DNA from: Macrostomum lignano | Taxonomy: Eukaryota | NCBI GenBank assembly: GCA_002269645.1 | Contig: NIVC01005019.1 | Coordinates: forward strand, 1-28,453 | DNA length: 28,453 nt | Direction: 5' to 3' | In this document: positions 22,475-28,453 of the stretch, in pieces | Numbering within the stretch: the first letter of the stretch is position 1 | How the letters are laid out: each line of letters starts with the position of its first letter | Program-made: the position numbers and the translations under genes | Notes under the pieces: generated by a model | Told to the model about the DNA's origin: nothing | The model's database searches: none | The model's input: only the letters and a program-made list of their open reading frames with translations

Positions 22475-23045
22475 GACTGCCCGATCGAGCAACTTGCTGT
22501 TGAGCTGCTCACGCAGATCCTGTCCGAGCTGGACCAGACCAGCCTCGGCCGGTGCGCTCAGCTGAGCAGGCGCTGGCATTCAGCGTCCATACGAAGCTAC
22601 ATCGGACCAGACTGGCCCCCTCATCCACCGACTGTCCGTGTGGCTGTCCGGAAACCTGGTGGAGCTGCACGCCAGCCGTTTGGCAGCTTTTGACTTTGTG
22701 GCCCTGCTGAGCTCCTCGCCCAAGCTGGAAAGCGTCAATTTAACATCGGTCAATCCAGCCTTTTGTGTGGAGAACCCATTGAAGACCTGGGCCGCTGTTG
22801 TCTCGCCCCGCTTGCAGAGCCTCCGCCTGATCAAGTCTCAGTCGCTGCTCTCTGATCACTCGCTTGAGAAGCTTCAGACCGGCTGTCCGCGCCTGTGGCA
22901 GCTGCAGCTGGGCTTCTACTTCCTGCCAAAATTGTTTTCCATGGAGCGCATCGCCGCCCTGGTCGGCGGCCTGAGTTGTCTCAGTCTGCGCTTGAACTTT
23001 CCATTGCGTGCCTGGAGCGTTTTCAGCCGCTTAGGCCCAGCCTGA
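22475..23045 (+). pseudogene. FBXL cluster copy 3: F-box + LRR exon, frameshifted, no downstream exons seen
   Basis: F-box identical to copy 2 over 78 nt. A ~41-nt deletion at 22577/22578 removes QRLATQPRLWRKIR and shifts the frame. The LRR part resembles copy 2. Confidence 0.85.
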
Positions 23046-23130
23046 GCGTTGCTACTCAGTGTCACAAGGACAAAAGTAGTGAGCAGTTCCTTTTCCGCAT
23101 GTTTCATTTCACACCCGGGGGTTGGGCCGC

Positions 23131-23184
23131 AGACCAGTGGTCCGTCGCGGCGCTCTGATAGGCCAGCGGCCCAGGCTCGATTCC
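23131..23184 (+). other. tRNA-like Pol III promoter (A box/B box), possible SINE head
   Basis: AGACCAGTGGT (A-like) and GGCTCGATTCC (B-like) at tRNA-like spacing. No clean cloverleaf. Confidence 0.3.
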
Positions 23185-23815
23185 AAGTGCAGTTACTTTA
23201 ACCTAAATTGTAAACTCGGCTTAGCTCTGCTCATACAATTAACTTCCTTGAAGGCCACCCCCCAATGCCACAGTGAAGTGTACATGCCTAACCATAAATA
23301 AAGTTAGTTAGGGCCGCTGTACACTCCTGTGTGAGTTTGTGCCTGTGCGTATGGCTGCGTACGTAATCCTTGCACTTGTGTGCCTGCTCAGGGGAGTCGT
23401 CGGAATGGGCAGCAATGCCTCTCGTCGGTTCTGTGACAATGTCGCTTAAAGTGTGCCAGGCTGCACACAACCCCATTGCCTCTAATTAAAAAATGCTCCC
23501 ACACATCTATCGGACTTTTTAAAAGTGCAGCTGGTGGTTTGTCCGTCAAGAGAGCTACTGAATGCAGCCGCAATCCCAGCCATTACCCAAGGGACGAAAT
23601 AGAGGGGAATGCGAGCGAGTGGGGCATGCACCGTGACCCCAATCCCAGTCTATCCCTGTACAGCAGGCACACTGCACCGGGCTGATAGGGTCCCACAAGG
23701 GAAACCAATGCTAGTCCAGGCTATTGGTGCTTTTCAGAGTCAAAAATGAACAGGTTGAACAGGTCGGCTGCAAACTCTGATCTCTATTGCAGCAGTTTTA
23801 CTGACTGAAAGCTCC

Positions 23816-23923
23816 ATGCTTCATCATCATCAACATGAGCAGCAGCAGCAGGATGTCAGCCAGGTGTCCTTGCAACAAAACAACTCCATGAGCCTCCAGC
23901 CGCCACCTGCCGCAGGCTCCTGC
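23816..23923 (+). CDS. FBXL cluster copy 4, exon 1 (His/Gln-rich N-terminus)
   Basis: ATG, 36 codons, donor TGC|gtaagt. A 73-nt intron joins it in phase 0 to the F-box exon. Confidence 0.7.
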
Positions 23924-23996
23924 GTAAGTCCCCAGCTCCCCAGCCAAGATGCTTCCGAATTAACGATGCACATCTTGCAACTTTCATTCGCTACAG

Positions 23997-24647
23997 AGCC
24001 TCATCAGCAATATCGAGCAGCTGCCAACAGAGCTGCTCACGCAGATCCTGTCCGAGCTGGACCAGACAAGCCTCGGTCGGTGCGCTCAGCTGAGCAGGTT
24101 CTGGCTGGAGCTCACCTCTCAGCCGCAGCTGTGGCGCAAAATCCGCATTGACAGCCGCACCGCGGATCCCGAGCTGGCGCAGCGCATCGGCGACTGGCCG
24201 GGTGGCCGCGTGCGCGAGATCTCGGCGGTCAGGCTGACAGCTGAGCACCGGCTGCCCCTGCTGCTGGCCGCATCCGCCAGTCTGACCAGCCTCAGCCTAA
24301 AGGAGATGCAGGGCGACCTCGTATTGAAGGAGGCCGGCCGCAGCTGCCAAAATCTGCGCGAGCTGCGTCTCGAATGCTGCAATGAGATGCTGTCCTTCGA
24401 CTCGGTGAGCGGCCTGCTGACCAGCTGTCCGAGCCTCTCGCTGCTGCAGTACACTGGCAGCCTGTCCGATCTGTTCGCACCGTCTGACGAGCACCGGGTG
24501 GCCCCTCTGTTCCACTCGCTGGTGAGCCGACTCTCCAGTCTCAAACTGCACCTGCTGATGACGGAGAGCCTGCCGCCGCAGTGGTTCGCTGCTCTGCCCG
24601 AGTGCCCCGGCTCGCCAGCCTCTACGTGAGCATTGCGGACTGGAGAG
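23997..24647 (+). CDS. FBXL cluster copy 4, exon 2 (F-box + LRR), with an apparent 1-nt deletion in the C run at ~24605-24608
   Basis: Acceptor ctacag|AGC; F-box IEQLPTELLTQILSEL. Restoring one C gives CPRLASLYVSIADWR-G|gtgagc, matching copy-5 CPRLESL..DWL-G|gtgagt. Confidence 0.8.
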
Positions 24648-24657
24648 GTGAGCACCT

Positions 24658-25257
24658 GATCTCTACCTGTCCGGAGTCGGACAGGTTTGACTTCAGCGAT
24701 CTCTGCCTGTCCGGAGTCGGACAGGTTTGACTTCAGCGATCTCTGCCTGTCCGGAGTCGGACAGGTTTGACTTCAGCGATCTCTGCCTGTCCAGAGTCGG
24801 ACAGGTTTGACTTCAGTGATCTCTGCCTGTCCGGAGTCGGACAGGTTTGACTTCAGCGATCTCTGCCTGTCCGGAGTCGGACAGGTTTGACTTCAGCGAT
24901 CTCTGCCTGTCCAGAGTCGGACAGGTTTGACTTCAGCGATCTCTGCCTGTCCAGAGTCGGACAGGTTTGACTTCAGCGATCTCTGCCTGTCCGGAGTCGG
25001 ACAGGTTTGACTTCAGCGATCTCTGCCTGTCCGGAGTCGGACAGGTTTGACTTCAGCGATCTCTGCCTGTCCAGAGTCGGACAGGTTTGACTTCAGCGAT
25101 CTCTGCCTGTCCGGAGTCGGACAGGTTTGACTTCAGCGATCTCTGCCTGTCCAGAGTCGGACAGGTTTGACTTCAGCGATCTCTGCCTGTCCAGAGTCGG
25201 ACAGGTTTGACTTCAGCGATCTCTGCCTGTCCGGAGTCGGACAGGTTTGACTTCAGC
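24658..25257. repeat. Intronic 40-bp minisatellite, 15 copies, each with an 8-bp-stem hairpin
   Basis: GATCTCTG-CCTGTCCG-GAGT-CGGACAGG-TTTGACTTCAGC; no spacers. Confidence 0.97.
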
Positions 25258-25307
25258 CTGACTGACAGATACTCAATGATCATCCCTTTCAAATGACTGC
25301 TTTTCAG

Positions 25308-25733
25308 GCCTGGCTCACCTGCCCAGTAAAATGCCGAACCTGACCGACCTGTCCGTTCTTACCTCTCAACCTGCATCTCAGGCAAACCTGCAGCTGGGCA
25401 GGCTGCCTCATCTTCAGCGAGTGAAGATCTGCGACTTCTCCTTTCAGTCGTGGAGCTTGGATGCCATCCTGTCGGTGCTGCGAGGCGTCCGCGAGCTTTG
25501 GAGCTTCATGTTGGATGGCTGCGTGCACCTGACCGGCCAGCAGTACCGGCAGGTGGTGCGGGCCCTGCCAGCCCGCCTCACAGACCTTCGCTTTGGTGGC
25601 TGCTTCAGAAACAGAGTCGCTGAGGTCGACCTGCAGGAGCCGCTGCCACCTGGCCTGAGGCGGTTGCAAGTTGATGGATTCAAATGGGGAACGTCTGGAG
25701 TGCAGTTTGCTAGTGCTCTGGCCAGCTGCTCAG
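25308..25733 (+). CDS. FBXL cluster copy 4, exon 3 (LRR)
   Basis: Acceptor ttttcag|GC and donor TCA G|gtgagc, phase 1-1; open frame. Confidence 0.8.
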
Positions 25734-26108
25734 GTGAGCGGGTCTGTTGCTGGTGTGGGCTGGTGGCTGCTCAGGTGAGCGGGTCTGTTGCTGGTGTGGG
25801 CTGGTGGCTGCTCAGGTGAGCGGGTCTGTTGCTGGTGTGGGCTGGTGGCTGCTCAGGTGAGCGGGTCTGTTGCTGGTGTGGGCTGGTGGCTGCTCAGGTG
25901 AGCGGGTCTGTTGCTGGTGTGGGCTGGTGGCTGCTCAGGTGAGCGGGTCTGTTGCTGGTGTGGGCTGGTGGCTGCTCAGGTGAGCGGGTCTGTTGCTGGT
26001 GTGGGCTGGTGGCTGCTCAGGTGAGCGGGTCTGTTGCTGGTGTGGGCTGGTGGCTGCTCAGGTGAGCGGGTCTGTTGCTGGTGTGGGCTGGTGGCTGCTC
26101 AGGTGAGC
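25725..26108 (+). repeat. 41-bp minisatellite, ~9.4 copies, spanning the exon 3 splice donor
   Basis: GCTGCTCAGGTGAGCGGGTCTGTTGCTGGTGTGGGCTGGTG; CAG|GTGAGC occurs 10 times from 25731 to 26100. Confidence 0.97.
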
Positions 26109-26201
26109 ATTCAGACCACTGCACAGAGGCGATCGGGTCAATGTCGAGTTGCTAACGCTACAAGCGTAACACGAGTTTATTGTAACAAATTTTCATATCA
26201 G

Positions 26202-26578
26202 GCCTGACGCACCTGGCTTTGGCGGTCTGCAGCGACGACCTGCTGCCGGCTCTGCTCGCCCAGCTGCCCCGCCTGCGCTGCCTCTACATCCACGACTGCA
26301 GCCGCCTGACCCGTCAGGCCTGGGTGAACCTGCTAAACTTGTGGAGCCTCGCAGTTTCCCTGCCTGACCTGCAGGAGTTTTCCGCTGTCAACTGCAGCGA
26401 GTCCAGCCTCACTGATGAGGCGGTGGCCAACCTGTGCGCCAGTCCGGTTGCCAGGGGCCTGCGGCGGCTCCACCTGTCTCAGTGCCGCCAGCTGACCGCC
26501 GCTGCACTCGCCAGCATCGCCAGCGGCTGCCCCTGGCTGACCCAGGCGATAAGGCAGCAGCCTTTGAGTCCTCAATAG
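26202..26578 (+). CDS. FBXL cluster copy 4, exon 4 (last LRR exon, C-terminus apparently shortened)
   Basis: Acceptor ttcatatcag|GC; homologous to 21218-21684 up to CPWLTQ, then diverges. Confidence 0.8.
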
Positions 26579-26942
26579 TACGAGCGTACGTGTATTTTTA
26601 GCATAAAGCCGGCCTTCAAATGTTTTCTAAGAAACAGATTTTCTCATCAATCAAATTCAGTTGTTCATTGTGCATATCAAGAAATACACAAAATAAACTC
26701 TTATGTTGTGATTTTTTATACGCTAGTAATGTTACTGATGAATGTCTCAAGATAAGTAGGCAGATGTGTCCTCTAGCTGTTTATTGAATTGAAAGGTCAT
26801 TTTTCTCCATCATTACTTCATCATTACTCCATCATGTGACAGACGCGCAGCCTTTGAGAACAGAGTATGAGACCTTTTTTAATGAATTCATAGACTGAGT
26901 GATCCAGATAGAAAAAATGACACAGCATATACTGCTTGAAGT

Positions 26943-27597
26943 ATGCCGCCTGCAACGCAAACTTCAGATCAGCTCTGCATGGAACAGCTGCCAGAGGAGC
27001 TGCTCACGCAGATCCTGTCCGAGCTGGACCAGACCAGCCTCGGATTGTGCGCTCAGCTGAGCAGGCGCTGGCGGCGGCTCGCCACGCAGCCGCGGCTGTG
27101 GCGCAAAATCCGCATTGACGGCCGCACCGCAGATGCCGAGCTGATGGAGCGGCTCAGAGACTGGCTGGGCGGCAGCGTGCGGGAGATCTCGGCCTGCGGG
27201 CTGACAGCGGAGCAGCGGCTGCCACTGCTGCTGGCCGCATCCGCCAGCCTCACCTGCCTCAGTTTGAAGGACATTGGCAGCGAATTTCTGGTGACGGAGG
27301 CCGGGCGTAGCTGCCCCAGTCTGCGGGAGCTGCGCCTCGAAGACTCCGGTAAGTTGCTCTCGGTCGAGTCGCTGAGCAGCCTGCTGGACGGCTGCCCGCG
27401 CCTCTCGCTGCTGGAAGCCACTGGCGAGTTGTTCGGAGGCCTTCAGAGCGAGCAGCTGCAGCAGAAGTTCCACCAGCTGGCCGCCCGCCTCACCCGCCTT
27501 TCCCTCGACTGCCCCCGGGCCGCTGAAGTCATCCGCAACCTGCCGGAGTGCCCGCGTCTTGAAAGTCTTTGCTTTCTGCACTACCGAGACTGGCTTG
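26943..27597 (+). CDS. FBXL cluster copy 5, F-box + LRR exon (further exons not seen in the window)
   Basis: MEQLPEELLTQILSELDQTSLGLCAQLSRRWRRLATQPRLWRKIRI plus LRRs; phase-1 donor CTT G|gtgagt at 27598. Closest to copy 4. Confidence 0.88.
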
Positions 27598-28007
27598 GTG
27601 AGTTGCTGCTGAGTTGCTGGGCATTTTTTAGTAAAATGTCTTTGATTTATAAGGGGGCCCGCTGAAAATGTTACCGTGACAAGAATCGCTAGAGTGATTG
27701 CAAACTACTCACTAGTGACTCTGGGGTGAGTCTTGTGACTTTTTAAGGACTCAGACGACTGAAACGCGACAGGAGAGGCGGCTGTTGAGTCACGAACGCA
27801 TCACGTGAGTTGCAGAATTGCAAGAGTCTCGACAAAGTCTTTCAAGAGTCATTGTGTTCTACAAGTCAAGTAGACTAAATGCGTTGCTTTACATGCAAAT
27901 TCGAATGCGATTCTAGTTGACGCAGATGCGTTTTAGACGCAACTCAGTGATTCTAAAGCGACTCAAGCGCGCCCCAGATACAATTCTACGTCGCCAGAAG
28001 TCATTAC

Positions 28008-28346
28008 AGAAGCGCCCCAGAGTCACTATAGAGCGCCCAGAGTCACTATAGAAGCGCCCTGAGTCACTATAGAAGCGCCCAGAGTCACTATAGAAGCGCC
28101 CCAGAGTCACTACAGAAGCGCCCCAGAGTCACTATAGAAGCGCCCCAGAGTCACTATAGAAGCGCCCAGAGTCACTATAGAAGCGCCCCAGAGTCACTAC
28201 AGAAGCGCCCAGAGTCACTATAGAAGCGCCCCAGAGTCACTTTAGAAGCGCCCCAGAGTCACTATAGAAGCACCCCAGAGTCACTATAGAAGCGCCCCAG
28301 AAGCGCCCCAGAGTCACTACAGAAGCGCCCAGAAGCGCCCAGAGTC
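28008..28346. repeat. 21-22-bp minisatellite GAAGCGCCC(C)AGAGTCACTATA, about 15 copies
   Basis: Read directly; an inverted partial unit lies at 27713-27726. Confidence 0.95.
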
Positions 28347-28453
28347 GCAGACAATAAGACGCCTCAAATTAGCTCCTAAGCGACTCTTTGGCGACTTGTA
28401 CCGTGAGATCTCGTCACTTTGGAGTAGTCTAGAGTCACTCCTTTGTTACGACT

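Noticed and set aside
24658-25257. CRISPR-like palindromic repeat array
   Set aside because: Units are head-to-tail with no unique spacers, there are no cas genes, and the context is a eukaryotic intron.

Overview
Eukaryotic (animal, probably invertebrate) genomic window, dense in repeats and transposons. It has GT-AG introns, GC-rich CTG-biased exons and many minisatellites. The style resembles a flatworm such as Macrostomum, but that is only an impression. Left third: a large 25/28-bp satellite, a 31-bp minisatellite, and a two-exon gene for a small secreted single-WSC-domain protein on the minus strand. Its ~71-nt intron is occupied by a full-length, recently inserted Ty3/gypsy (Mag-like) LTR retrotransposon, and an internally deleted mariner with an intact ORF sits 113 bp upstream. 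Middle: decayed relics of a BEL/Pao-like pol, a Polinton/Maverick-type DNA polymerase B and an I-group LINE. Right half: a tandem + strand cluster of five F-box/LRR (FBXL-like) gene copies or fragments. Their F-box DNA is nearly homogenised while their LRRs diverge. The introns carry a LINE, a hairpin minisatellite and a minisatellite that amplifies a splice donor ten times. All exon models and alignments were made by eye.
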